Shown here piece by piece: positions 1 through 12,559 of a DNA stretch of 64,000 bases. Source of the DNA: Centroscyllium fabricii (taxonomy: Eukaryota); assembly GCA_051313645.2 (NCBI GenBank), contig JBNRSN020000001.1, forward strand, positions 337,714,001 to 337,778,000, written 5' to 3'. The notes below the pieces were generated by a model that saw only the letters and a program-made list of their open reading frames with translations, was not told the origin of the DNA and did no database searches. Numbering within the stretch: position 1 is the first letter of the stretch; each line of letters begins with the position of its first letter. The translations under genes and the position numbers were made by a program.

Positions 1-163
1 GCATCCTCTCCAAAGCAATCACATCCTTCCTATAATGTGGCGACCAGAACTGCACACAGTACTCCAGCTGTGGCCTTATCAACGTTTTGTAGAGCTCCAT
101 CATAACCTCCCTGCTCTTATATTCTATGCCTCGGCTAATGAAGGCAAGTATCCCATATGCCTT
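1..163 (-). mobile_element. CR1 LINE ORF2 fragment
   Basis: Minus strand encodes AYGILAFISRGIEYKSREVMMELYKTLIRPQLEYCVQFWSPHYRKDVIALERM, typical CR1 ORF2 C-terminal region. Confidence 0.9.
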
Positions 164-1189
164 GGTGTGGTGTTCTCCATTATGGGCCATGGCCTTTCAC
201 TTCAGTTTTTCAATGAAGAAAATTGTTTTCCCACTTACTCCATTGGAAATATTAATAGCTTTTCATTACCAATCATGTTATACCACTGGTTACTGGTGGT
301 TCCAAAGAAAACAAATGCACCCTTTGCCTTAACCAATTGTTTCCAATGCCAACTATTACCTTGCAAGTACCATGTAGGAATATACAACATTTAATCATAT
401 GAAAATCAGAGACGGACTAAGGGCGGCACTACATTGAGGGCCCAAGGGCCTGTACAGTGCTGTATGTTCTATGTTCTATGATTACTATTTTCAAATTTTT
501 TTTGTTGACATTTTTCATTAAAATAAAATAAAAAATTATCCTTATGTCGTGCAATAACATGAGTGTCAAAGTTAAGTTATATGGATGTATAAAGCTAATC
601 TGTTCAGTGATGGCGATAGTTTTTGTGAACATCTCCTTACTCCCAGAGACAAATTTAGATCGACGTTTCCACAATACTGCTAGAAATGGGACTATTTTCA
701 CCAACACCCTGTAGAATTTTTTAATAAATTATTTTAGTCTCTTCCAACCAAGTTATGTTACTCCTATCATCTCTTCACCTGCTTTTTTAATTTAAAAAAT
801 CTTGCCAATTTCTTCCCCGCACTTCCTTTCATGAAGCCACTGATTCGCTGTTGGAGGACAGCTCAGTGGGTATGGGTCACCTGCCAATACTTCATTCACT
901 CTGTCGCCATTGTTCATGTGTGAGCATTGGTAATGAGCATAAGCAGAATGTTTGAATTTCCAGGTGCCCTCACCTGTCCTCCACACACAGAAATTACAAC
1001 ACAGTAATAAGTCATGCAGCCCAACCAGTCAGTATTGGTGCTTATCGTCCACATGAGCAGCATTCCTCATCCCATGTGCCTGCTCTGTGGCATTTAAGCA
1101 GTGGTCACTGGCTATAATTATCAGGAAAGGGAACCTTAGCTGATTTGCCTCTCGTTTGCCCAGACAGCAGTCAGAGCACAGCCCTATCT

Positions 1190-1520
1190 GAGAGATTGTT
1201 TCCCATGGCTGGAGAGTCCAGAACTCGGGGGCACAGACTCAGGATAAAGGGTCGTCCATTTAAGACAGAGACGAGGAGGAACTTCTTCACTCAGAGAATT
1301 GTGAATCTTTGGAATTATCTGCCCCAAAGGGCTATGGCTGCCACTGAGTATATTCAAGGTTGAGATAGATAGATTTTTGGACTCTCGGGGAAATCAAGGG
1401 ATATGGCGGTCGAGCGGGAAAGTGGAGTCGAAGTCATAGATCAACCATGATCGTATTGAATGGTGGAGCAGGCTCGAGGGGCCGTGTGGCCTACTGCTGC
1501 TCCTAGTTCTGTTCTTATGT
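1190..1520 (+). mobile_element. CR1 LINE 3' end
   Basis: FPMAGESRTRGHRLRIKGRPFKTETRRNFFTQRIVNLWN followed by a CR1 3'UTR/tail. Confidence 0.9.
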
Positions 1521-1537
1521 AGATTAGCTACCTCAGC

Positions 1538-1666
1538 CTGACGAACGGTCTTCAGCCTGAAACGTTAACTGTTTCTCTCTCCACCGATGTTGCCTGGCCT
1601 GCTGAGTTTCTCCAGCGTTTTCTGTTGTTATTTTGGATTTCCAGCATCCGCAGTATTTTGCTATTG
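1538..1666 (+). mobile_element. Penelope-like element terminal fragment with degenerate hammerhead motif
   Basis: CTGACGA..GAAACGTTAACT followed by the same terminal sequence that follows the endonuclease-coding remnant at 25503-25994. Confidence 0.75.
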
Positions 1667-2073
1667 TACCTCAGCCTAGACTTGGGATCAAACCTGTGGT
1701 CCTCCTAGTCTGTATGGTTCAGCTACTCGCTGAATAAACTCACTGAGCCAGTGGTGAAGCGCCATTACTAACATCTCTACATTTTACATTTCATCTTCTT
1801 GCTGGTCATCCTGCGTTTCACATTAAAATAAACACTCCAGAAACATCAAGCTTCCAGTTGGAGCCAGATTTGGAGGTAGCCGGCAGTAAAAGCTGAAACT
1901 GCCACTGATGCCAAATGTTTCCATCAGACTATCGTCAGAACCCTGCTGTTATAATCTTGCATACAAAGGCAAATATCCTGTACAACTATAATCATAACGT
2001 AAATACGCCCTTCCCTCATTATAAGATGCTTTCTAGGAGCTGACCATTTTGTACCTAACATAATGATGTGCAT

Positions 2074-3508
2074 AATAATAACAGAAAACACTGGAGAAAC
2101 TCAGCCGGCCAGGCAGCATCGGTGGAGAGAGAAATAGAGTTAACAGGGGGAATTTTTCCGGAAGGGCGGGAACCTGGCGGGGATTGGTCGGGGCGGCTTC
2201 TGGTCCCGCCCACCCAACCAGCTGGGAAGGCCATGCAATTTTAGGTTAATGAGGTCGTTAAATCCCCGCCGGCGGCAGCGGCAGGTGATTAGGTGAATCG
2301 AGTCGGGCTGCAGCAGAGCTGCGAGCACTTTGATTCACAGTTCCAGTACTGGTTGTTGTCAGTTCCCATGGCAACACTCCACTGTGACAACACTCCACTG
2401 TGACATCACAGTGGAGTGGAGCCAATGTGAAAGGCCAAGTGCTGGTGACTGACAGGTGGGCGGGTGGGCTCCGAATCGCTCACAGCTCGCACCAGCTGAG
2501 AGGCCATTGTGGGAACTGAGATTGCTCAGTTTCTGGTCTCAGCTGATATTGAAGGCAGAACGGAGGTACTTACTCCTCTAAGGTGCTGGAGGCATGCCAA
2601 GCATTTGGCAGCATGTCCTTCAGACCTTAAAGGAGAAAGTAATAAATTCAGGAACTCACACAACACCAGGTTATAGTGCAAAAGTTATAACCAGCGCTGT
2701 GCTCCCGCGGGGTTTCACCCAGTGGGGTTTAAGGTGGCGGGGTTAGGGCAGCAAACAGCGCAAAATGGCTGAGGGCCCTTAAAATGGCATTAAAGAGGCC
2801 AATTAAGGGCCCTTAACGAGGTGACAACCCATCCCCGCCGGTCGGCTGCGGGAAGGTTTCGGGGCAAGGAATCTGGGGGCGGGAAAATGAGAAAGCGGCG
2901 CGGATCTGGCGGGACCTGCCGGTTCCGCTATTTTGCCAGCCCGGCCACCCAAAACCCCGCCTCACGGGGACATGAAAATTTCCCCCAACGTTTCAGGTCG
3001 ATGACCTTTCTTCAGAACTGGAGAAGCCGGCAGGGGGGATAGATTTTAAAGCTCATAGGGGCTGGGGAAAGGGGATAGGAGGGGGGGTGAAAGAACAAAG
3101 TTAAGATCAGGAACAGGCTAGAAGGCGGGGCAGATGAGATATTAGGAGAAATTCTTATATCCCCCGCCTTCTAGCCTGTCGCTGATCTTTCCTTTGTTCT
3201 TTCTGCTCCCCCCCCTCCCCCCTTTTCCCAGCCCCTACTAGCTTTAAAATCTAGCCCCCCACCCCTCCCCGGCTTCTCCAGTTCTGAAGAAAGGTCATCG
3301 ACCTGAAACGTTTTGTTTTCTGTTCCCTCTCAGGTCCCCCTGCCTTCCTACCCGTTTCATTTCCTGGCTTTTGTCTTGACAAAGGGTCCGAACCCGAAAT
3401 GTCAACTCTATATATTTCTCTCCATGGATGCTGCCTGGCCTGTTGAGTTTCTCCAGCATTTTCTGTTGTTATTTTGGATTTCCAGCATCTGCAGTATTTT
3501 GCTATCGT
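2074..3508. mobile_element. Penelope-like fold-back element (2074-2144, 2987-3312, 3370-3508) interrupted by a DNA element
   Basis: Inverted arms 2987-~3140 and ~3160-3312, each with CTGAAGAAAGGTCATCGACCTGAAACGTT; terminal sequence shared with the 7267-7806 element. Confidence 0.8.
2145..2986. mobile_element. Non-autonomous TIR DNA element, PIF/Harbinger-like (copy 1)
   Basis: Ends (A)GGGGGAATTTT ... AAAATTTCCCCC with a 3-bp AAC duplication (2142-2144, 2987-2989); homologous to 20934-23142. Superfamily inferred from GGG termini and the 3-bp TSD. Confidence 0.65.
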
Positions 3509-3604
3509 AATGAGGTGCATGTTGTAGTGAGTGTCCCATAACCTAATACACAATGCAGTAGGAAAGGTCAGCAGCCACCTTAAAAATAGTAATTGGACAG
3601 GGAG

Positions 3605-5653
3605 CCTTATAAAAGCATTTGCAACTATCTTCAGCCAGAAATGCCGAGTGGATGATCCATCTCGGCCTCCTCCTGAGGTCTCCAGCATCAGATGCCAGTC
3701 TTCAGCCCATTCAATTCACTCCAAGTGATGTCAAGAAACGGCTGAAGACACTGGATACTGCAAAGGCTATGGGCCCTGACAACATTCCGGCAATAGTACT
3801 GAAGACTTGTGCTCCAGAACTAGCTGTGCCCCTAGCCAAGCTGTTCCAGTACAGCTGCAAAACTGGCATCTACCCAGCAATGTGAAAAATTGCCCAAGTA
3901 TGTCCTGTCTACAAAAAGCAGGACAAATCCGACCCGGCCAATTACCGTCCCATCAGTCTACTCTCAATCATCAGCAAAGTGATGGAAGGTGTCATTGACA
4001 GTGCTATCAAGCGGCACTTACTCAGCAATAACCTGCTAACTGACGCCCAGTTTGGGTTCCGCCAGGGCCACTCAGCTCCTGACCTCATTACAGCCTTGGT
4101 CCAAACATGGACAAAAGAGCTGAACTCAAGAGGTGAGGTGAGAGTGACTGCCCTTGACATCAAGGCAGCATTTGATCGAGTGTGGCATCAAGGAGCCCTA
4201 GCAAAGCTGAAGTCAATGGGAATCAAGATGAAAACTCTCCATTGGTTGGAATCCTACCTAGCACAAAGGAAGTTGGCTGTGGTTGTTGGAGGTCATTCAT
4301 CTCAACCACAGGACATCACTGCAGGAGTTCCTCAGGGCAGTGTCCTAGGCCCAACCATCTTCAGCTGTTTCATCAATGACCTTCCCTCCATCATAAGGTC
4401 AGAATTGGGGATGTTCGCTGATGATTGCACACTGCTCAGCACCATTCGAGACTCGTCAGATACTGACGCAGTCCGTGTCCATATGCAGCAAGACCTGGAC
4501 AACATTCAGACTTGGGCTGGCAAGTGGCAAGTAACATTCGCACCACACAAGTGCCAGGCAATGACCATCTCCAACAAGCATGGGCAGCACAGCATGGTGG
4601 CATAGTGGTTAGCACTGTTGCCTCACAGCGCTAGAGACCCGGGTTGAAATCCGGCCTCGGGTGACTATCTATGTGCAGTTTGCACATTCTCACCGTGTCT
4701 GCGTGGGTTTCCTCTGGGTGCTCCGGTTTCCTCCCACAGTTCAAAGATGTGCGGGTTAGGTTGATTGGCCATGATAAATTGACCCTTAGTGTTAGGGGGA
4801 TTAAATAGGTGGGGTTATGGGGATAGGGTGGGATATGTGTCGGTGCAGGCTCGATGGGCCGAAATGGCCTCTATATGTACTGTAGGGATTCTGTGATTCT
4901 GTGAAGCGAGACTCTAACCATCTCCCCATGACATTCAATGGCATTATCATTGCTGAATCCCCCACTATCAACATCCTGGGGGTTACCATTGATTGGAAAC
5001 TGAACTGGACCAGCCATATAAATACTGTGGCTACAAGAGCAGGCCAGAGGCTGGGAATTTTGCGGCGAGTGTCTCACCTCCTGACTCCCCAAAGCCTTTC
5101 CACCATCTACAAGGCACAAGTCAGGAGTGTGATGGAATACCCTACACTTGCCTGGATGAGTGCAGCTCCAACAACACTCAAGAAGCTCGACACCATTCAG
5201 GATAAAGCAGGCCGCTTGATTGGCACTCCATCCACCACCTTCAACATTCACTCCCTCCACCACCAGCGCACTGTGGCTGCAGTGTGTACCATCTACAAGT
5301 TGCACTACAGCAACTCGCCAAAGCTCCTTCAACAGCACCTTCCAAACCCGCGACCTCTACCACTTAGAAGGACAAGGGCAGCAGACGCATGGGAACGGCA
5401 CCACCTACAAGTTCCCCTCCAAGCCACACACCATCCTGACTTGGACCTGTATCGCCGCTCCTTCACTGTCGCTGGACCAAAATCCTGGAACTCCCTTCCT
5501 AACAACATTATGGGTGTACCTACACCATATGGACTGCAGCGGTTCAAGAAGGCAGCTCACCACCATCTTCTCAAGGGCAATTAGGGATGGGCACTAAATG
5601 CAGGCCTAGCCAGCCAGCGACACCCACTTCCCATCAATGGATATTAAAAAAAA
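3605..5653 (+). mobile_element. 5'-truncated CR1/L2-group non-LTR retrotransposon (RT domain with stop/frameshifts)
   Basis: KAMGPDNIP, QFGFRQGHS, LDIKAAFDRVWH, GVPQGSVLGPTIFSCFINDLP and MFADD RT motifs; A-rich tail near 5650; interrupted by a SINE. Confidence 0.93.
4581..4903 (+). mobile_element. tRNA-derived V-SINE (HE1-like), short CR1 tail type
   Basis: A/B-box-like head (TGGCATAGTGG, GGTTGAAATCC), V-domain GTTTGCACATTCTC..GTGTCTGCGTGGGTTTCCTC..GGTGCTCCGGTTTCCTCCCACAGT, GATTCTGT tail repeat; AAGC duplication in the host LINE. Confidence 0.88.
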
Positions 5654-7336
5654 GGATGGGATGTAATATCACAAATTATTTTTAAAATTATGATGAGCCT
5701 TGTAGAAAGGGTTTGTTTGGTCAGCACATCTATAATCAAGAATATTTGGATTGCTCACTGTTGGCTACAACTTTCACATCAAGATATCATTTTTTATGTT
5801 GGCTATCAGTTACATTTTGGGGGACAATTTTAACTGAAGATCAGAATGCTCGGGTGGTCTAATCTGACAGTAGTAACGCATTATTCTTAAAAGCTTTTCT
5901 TTAATTGAGAGATATGTAACAATTAAAATGCATTTCAAAAGGCAGGCAATTTCTATATACTATTGTTGTGAAATACTGCCAGGCAGGCACTTATAAGATG
6001 TTAAAAGGTTTATTAAACATTTTCAGGATCTCTTAACATGAAAATGTTTCACATTGTCGGAACTTAAAATGGAGCCTTTTTTTTCCGATTGGGACTACCT
6101 GTTAAGAAAGAGATTTAAAGCAATGAATAACTTCAAGGCAAAGGACCACAATCAAAGAGAGGGTTGAAGAAGTGCTAAATTGTTACCGAGCCTGTGTTAC
6201 CAGAATACAATTAACATATGCAAATACTCAATGAAACCAGACCTTTGACAAAGTGAAGAGCAAATATTTAAATCATTTTACGACAGGAACAGCTCCAAAT
6301 GTCTTATCAGCATGGGAGCTTTATCCATTTTATCTCATCAAAGGGGGCTGACAGTTTAGTTGGATGCTCCGTGGGAAGCCAAATGCCCAGATCTTCAAAG
6401 AATGATAGTGTCAACCAGATCTGATCCAGGATCAGTTAAACATACTTTCTAAAACAATTGGCATTCCCCAAATGCTTGCAACTTTAAGTAGAACCAAGTT
6501 AATCTTTCAAGAGCTTGATATATATTTTATGTACCACATTCCATACAAAAAGGACTTAGAGTAACTGCGCATCTTTTCTGATACTTTCAAAGTTAAAGAA
6601 TGCCTCATATTTAAGTTTGTATCTGCTTTCAAAGCTTCACAGCATCTTCCCCAACCAGGGTTTACATGCAACAAACCGAAGCTTCATTTGTTTTTCTGAA
6701 TAGAAAACCTCAAGGAGAACAAAGATTTAAATGAAGAGGATTAATTACCACACAGCATTTTGTTTCGAAATAGTTGAAAATCAGTTCTAAAACAGAAGAG
6801 GTGTATACGCAATTGTCTTTAACCAAAAGGGTGAAAAAAAGAATAATTTTAAGCAATGCAACAATGAGTAATGTGAACTTGATACACATGGGGGAGAAAT
6901 GCAGGAACTAAACTTTGTCTGTACGAACATATCCTATTGCATTTTTAGACAGTGACGCAAAACCCTACTTTTAAAGCCATCAGATTGTCCACATACTTTA
7001 TTAGAAACAAGTGGTGCAACTGGACAGATCACATTATTACTCATAGTCTTGAACATCTACATTTAATTCCCAGCATTTACATTTTTGTTTCAGATAGCAC
7101 TCTGCTCCCCTCTCTCTATGTGCAGTTTTCCCACCATTTTTAAAAGCACTATTTATAGGCTTAAAACAACACCTTTAGGACCAGGTCAATGGGCTTTTTT
7201 GGACTAATAGTAATTATTCCAGGACTTAAACTCTTCAGACTATTACAATGAAAGGAACAAAAAAAAATCCAAAATAACAACAGAATATGCTGGAGAAACT
7301 CAGCAGGCCAGGCAGCATCGGTGGAGAGAGAAACAG

Positions 7337-7373
7337 AGTTAACGTTTCAGGTCGATGACCTTTCTTCAGAACT
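7337..7373 (-). ncRNA. Minimal type I hammerhead ribozyme motif (sense to LIN28B pre-mRNA)
   Basis: AGUU-CUGAAGA-A-AGGUC-AUC-GACCU-GAAA-CGUU-AACU: stem I AGUU/AACU, core CUGANGA and GAAA, 5-bp stem II, palindromic stem III. Confidence 0.75.
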
Positions 7374-7672
7374 GGAGAAGCCGGGAGTGGGGGGGATAGA
7401 TTTTAAAGCTTGTGGGGGCTGGGGAAAGGGGGTGGGAGTGCTGAAAGAACAAAAAGAAAGATCAGCGACAGGCTAGAAGGTGGGGGAAGGTAAGAGACAT
7501 TAGGAGAAATTCAAGGAACACAGGATGGCTCTAATTTCTCCTAATGTCTCTTGTCTCCCCCGCCTTCCAGCCTGTCGCTAATCTTTCCCTTTGTTCTTTC
7601 AGCACCCCCCCCTCCCCTGCCTTTCCCCAGCCCCTACAAGCTTTAAAATCTATCCCCCCTCCCGGCTTCTCC

Positions 7673-7709
7673 AGTTCTGAAGAAAGGTCATCGACCTGAA
7701 ACGTTAACT
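7673..7709 (+). ncRNA. Minimal type I hammerhead ribozyme motif
   Basis: Same motif as 7337-7373 on the opposite strand. Confidence 0.75.
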
Positions 7710-8984
7710 CTGCTTCTCTCTCCACTGATGCTGCCTGGCCTGCTGAGTTTCTACAGTGTTTTCTGTTGTTATTTCAGATTTCCAGCATCCGCAGTATTTT
7801 GCTATCAAAAAGAAATCCAAGGTATGATAAAATAGTAACAGCTTGATGTATCTTTCCTCCAATAGCCATGTTTAATTTCCACAATATACTACGTCCAGTT
7901 AAAAGAAAATGAACTGTGTCCATTTGCTTAACAGATTTATAAAATTAAATATTTTTTTGAAACTCAGCAATTCACACATATTAAAACTGTTTACCATGCT
8001 GATCAAACAACAGTTATCAAAATGTCATTGCAAAATATGACATTTTATGAGCTGGCTATGTCAGATCTACAAATTAAATTGTGATTTACAATTTCCTATA
8101 GTTTACCTTACAAAAGCCAGTAGCATTAAGGCAACACAGAAGGGCCAATGTTCGCAACAAAAATCAATAGATTGAATATACTGATTATCTCTGCTGACCA
8201 CAACAGTATTTTTACAATACATTCAACCATCTTGATGATATGTTTAACCCCACTTGAAATCAACATGTCAGGATCACATTCTCACTACGGCCATTTTTGC
8301 GTTTTCCCCTCATACCCAAACCAATAGTAAAGCACACTCAGCATCGCGATCATTAGATCAATCATTAACAATGTTTCTTAGTAAATTGTCTAGAAAATAA
8401 ATTAGTAAATTAGAAATGTAATCTTTCAAACTAGTTTAAAACTATAAAATACCTATTTTTTTTACACACTGAATTATAAAGTCAATCCTATAATCAATAA
8501 ACCTTTCTTCTAAAAAAACATTTTAGAGGTACATAACGATCACACACAATGTATTTCCCCCTTTTTGAAGATAAAAGCATTTCTAGTATATTTTAGAATC
8601 CAGATAGTCACAATTGATAGTTTTAAACAATGTAATCAAAATTTCCATTCAAAGTCAGGAGCTGCAGCAAAGTGAAAATGAATGACTGTGTAATATAACC
8701 TTTCTTACATTGTGGCACAGTTGTACTTTTGCAGATCTGTACACTTCTTGGTTTTGTCAACGTAAGACTTTAAACTGAACTTAAGTAGGTTGTGATCCCT
8801 ACTTATCTGAGAACCACAAATCTCAAAATTAACGTCTCAAATTCAAATATTTTTACATTTCCATGACTTGTGGAGAAATACTAGTGGAATCTCTCCACTG
8901 GTGTGTCACATCACAAATCACCTTCAACAGATTGAGAGGGAGATTACAAAAATTAAGCCCATCATTTATGGGCGGTGGATACAA

Positions 8985-9177
8985 GTTCATTGAATATATT
9001 CAAGAAGGAGCTGGATGCATTTCTTAATGCTAGAGGGATCAAGGGATATGGGGAGAAGGCAGGGACAGGGTATTGAGTTTGGATGATCAGCCATGATCTC
9101 ATTGAATGGCGGAGCAGGCTCGAGGGGCCGAATAGCCTACTCCTGCTCCTATCTTCTATGTTTCTATGTTTCTATGT
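8985..9177 (+). mobile_element. CR1 3' tail fragment
   Basis: GATCAGCCATGATCTCATTGAATGGCGGAGCAGGCTCGAGGGGCCGAA plus (TTTCTATG)n tail, as at 62520-62650. Confidence 0.88.
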
Positions 9178-9654
9178 AAAAATGTATTTTTCCAGTTTAA
9201 CTACTGCACACATTATGAATATGTTGTGGTTAGCCAGATCATATGTTAAACATCTCCAATCATGAAGAAACTCTAAGTAACCCATCAATACTTCACTCAT
9301 GAGTTATCTGGTCAGCCTTTCTTTTGGAGACAATTATCATATTTTGTGCCTTGACAGCATAGATCCCCTTTCTGTACAATAAATAAAAATGATAATCAGA
9401 TGTAAATATAAAACACACAAATACAAGAGGCAGTCAACAGATTATATAAATATACTAAAAACTGATGCAGTCATTCATTTACAGTATTAAGATATATTTC
9501 ATTATACATTCCCAGTTATTTATGATGTTTTTGTTAAAGGCTGCTAATTTATCAGTATTTACTAGCTACTTCCAATATTACATTGTAATATAATGTAGAA
9601 TTGTTTGAAAATGTTAAAATCTACTTTTAAAAATCATTCTTGACTTGTGCGGTG

Positions 9655-9975
9655 TTGGTTGATCTCAGCTGGGTACCAATGGCCTAAGTGACCTCTTGGT
9701 TGAAGATTGTGGGGGGGAGGGGGCGTGCGAAAATTGTCGAAGCATCCCATGCCTGATCATTATCCAGTAACCCCATCTAAAGTTTTGCTTTTGTACAATC
9801 ATGGGAGGACAGAAGTGGGGTTGGCCATGATGCCTTTCATAGTTGGATAGCCTGTTGGCACTCAATGTCTAAACATAAATAATAGATATTCTGGGGTGAT
9901 ATCAGGGTGCCTTGCACCAGTGGATCCATACCACAGCAAGGGGTCAATGCCTTTAGGAGCTGAGGAGAAGGGAGG
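9655..9975 (+). mobile_element. Old, diverged SINE-like repeat (family unassigned); related copies near 34960-35240, 46950-47460, 49800-50070 and 59240-59390/60432-60540
   Basis: Diverged shared blocks (CCTGAT..TATCCAGT, ATAGCCTG.TG.CACTCA, ATGAAGAATGGCC, TGCCTTCAGGAG) recur across these loci. Confidence 0.5.
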
Positions 9976-10611
9976 GACAGGGAGAACAATTGCAAAGTAA
10001 ATTAGCAAGAGAAAACTAAATATCTGAAATGGAAGTTTACACTGTTATATTTTAAACTAACCTTTCTGTTTTTATCCTTAATATTAGCAGATTTAGAAAT
10101 AATTGATGTCTGATATGTTGCTTTGTAGCCAATCTTTGGAGTCAAAGATTGCTTTTCAATTTGAGTAACATCTCTTGTGGTGTTTAGTGATATTGTCTTG
10201 TTGTGTTTAGTGTTATTTTCATACACTATCAGGGCATTATTTTAGCATCATTCAAGGAGGATCATTTACTATTAAGTGTAAGATTGAAGTGCTGAAAAAA
10301 ACCCACTTCCAAATATTTCAAAAAGTTAAGACATTTTGACAAGTTGCAACTAAACCACACATCGCTGTCTGAGTTTTTCTTGAAGCTTAATTCCGCAGGT
10401 TTCCTTTACAGGTATAAATTGAGTACACTTATTCAATACACAACTAAACTTCAATCATTCTGTATGCCACACCATCAATGCAGCTAACAATTTTTCAAGC
10501 TGCTTTTTTTAAACTAAAGGCCAAGAATCAGTACATTGTTTAAAAGACAGCTACTGCCAAAATTAAAAACTTCAGAAAACAGCTGGCCCAAACCTCTCTC
10601 TAGACCATAAA

Positions 10612-10722
10612 GAAAAGACTTGCATTTATATAGCACCTTTCACAACCACCGGACATCCTAAAGCGCTTTACAGCCAATGAAGTACTTTTTTGACGTGTAG
10701 TCACTGTTGTAATGTAGGGAAT
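10612..10722 (-). mobile_element. Deu-domain SINE / L2-type 3' tail fragment
   Basis: Reverse complement of the tail at 39890-39988. Confidence 0.75.
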
Positions 10723-12559
10723 ATTTCATAGAAATAAAGCAAGTTTGAACATCAAACCATGAGCAAGTGTATAAAGCTTGAACTTCAAAATCAAAATCTA
10801 TTTCATCCGCACAACTTAACTGAGAATGAATATAACCAAAGCAAGTTTACATGAATTATTTGAAAACTAATTGGTGTTTGATTGAGACCACAACGATTAG
10901 GGACGTGTCAAAGAAATGCAAATGATATTCAACAGCAGGTGCACACTTACACCATAATAAATCGGCTGAGATTCTTTTCTGGCTGTTTACATCTTACAAT
11001 AGAAGATTTTTTTAATTACTCCTAGAACAATTTATATATTAAAATATAGTTTTGTATAGTTGGTAACCATTAATTCAACACTCAATTCCTCACTCCCTTG
11101 ATCTGTTTATACTGCAACTGACTGAGAAATTCACATAAATAATGCATAGTTTCTTTTACTCCATCAATTTTAAGATATTAAGTCTAACTACAGGTGGTTT
11201 GTTGGTCATAGATTCAGTGAAGTCTTGTGCAAGACGGTAGCATAAAGGGTGTTTGAAAACTTGGAATTATTTCATTCTCATGAAGAAACATTGAACTATT
11301 CACCTTTTCTAAAATAAGATTACATTTTCCTTTCATTGTCCCTCATGTGATTTTACCTCTGAAGCTATTAAGACGCATTTTTAAACGGTACACAATTGGA
11401 AAATGCAACTATACTTTTTTTAACTGCTCTTTTCATCGCTGTGATGTAGAATACATGTCAAAGAACATACAATGATCGCTCAACATAAGCCTTACAGTAA
11501 TGACAATTACCACAGATCTGACAAGAGGCAAGTTTTTTTTCCACCAGCACTGAATTACTTGAACAAGTAGAGGCTCTAAATGCACTTGTGGAAATGTGTA
11601 TGTCACTGTGTTAGCTAACAATGTTAACAATCTCAGAGCACAAGTGGACGAGAATGTATTTAATTATATAATTCGCAGAACACGCTGGATAAATGTAAAT
11701 TTATTTAATTTGCTAAAATCAGATGCAACAAATTCCAACTAAAGCCCATTGGAACTCCTGGCCAGGGTAACAAGGAAGCTGAACATACATGGGGCAGCAT
11801 ACCTAAAACAGGGTAATAACCGGGTGGAAACCTCCCTTACTTCAATATTTAATTTTAATGATTCAAATCGTTGCCAATAAACAAATACATGCGTGCAAAA
11901 GCGATTTGCTGCCTTATAAACCGCGAGCGCGTCATTCAAACGGGAGTCGAACCAGTAAACACTAAACACACGCTGAGCTTGAACCACAACCAGGTAAAAG
12001 TTTCGTGTTTTTTTTTAAAATGCTAATTTTACGCGTTGCGATTAGATTCGCGCGAAGAAACGTGGACCGAGGGGGTGAGACTTGAATGGAGATTGTAGCC
12101 CGGGTCTGCCCGGTGAAAACTCCCTGCCATGGGAGCAAGAGGATGCGACCAACTCCCCCGAAAACGCGTTTCTCCCCTGTCCTGGCGCTGTATTCGTCTA
12201 TAAAACAATCTTACGAGGTCGTAAACCCCTTACTTAACGACCCAAGGAAGGTTTAGAGAGAGACAGAAAAGAACTTTTAAATACAGACACAAGTATAGAA
12301 AACAAGCATGGGCACGGAGCGCTGGGACCCAACACAAGGGCAGATTGTGCGGCTTGTGGCCACAAACCAGTCTGAGTCCCCTCGCCTCCCCCAAAATGAT
12401 ATTTCACATATTCAAATCTGTTTACCGCCAATTATGGGAGGCAAATGACTGCAAAGTGTATATAATTCTGTGTGTATAATTCTATGTATTTAATTCTATG
12501 TAAATGATTGTGTATATACCAATTATGTGTATATACCAATTATTATGTGTATATCACTG

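Larger units (their letters stand above)
7267..7806. mobile_element. Penelope-derived fold-back element with hammerhead motifs on both strands
   Basis: Arms of ~245 bp (7268-7511 and 7533-7790) in inverted orientation around a ~21-nt spacer. Confidence 0.85.

Noticed and set aside
9655-9975. LF-SINE assignment for the old SINE family
   Set aside because: Does not match the LF-SINE consensus as I recall it; left unassigned.
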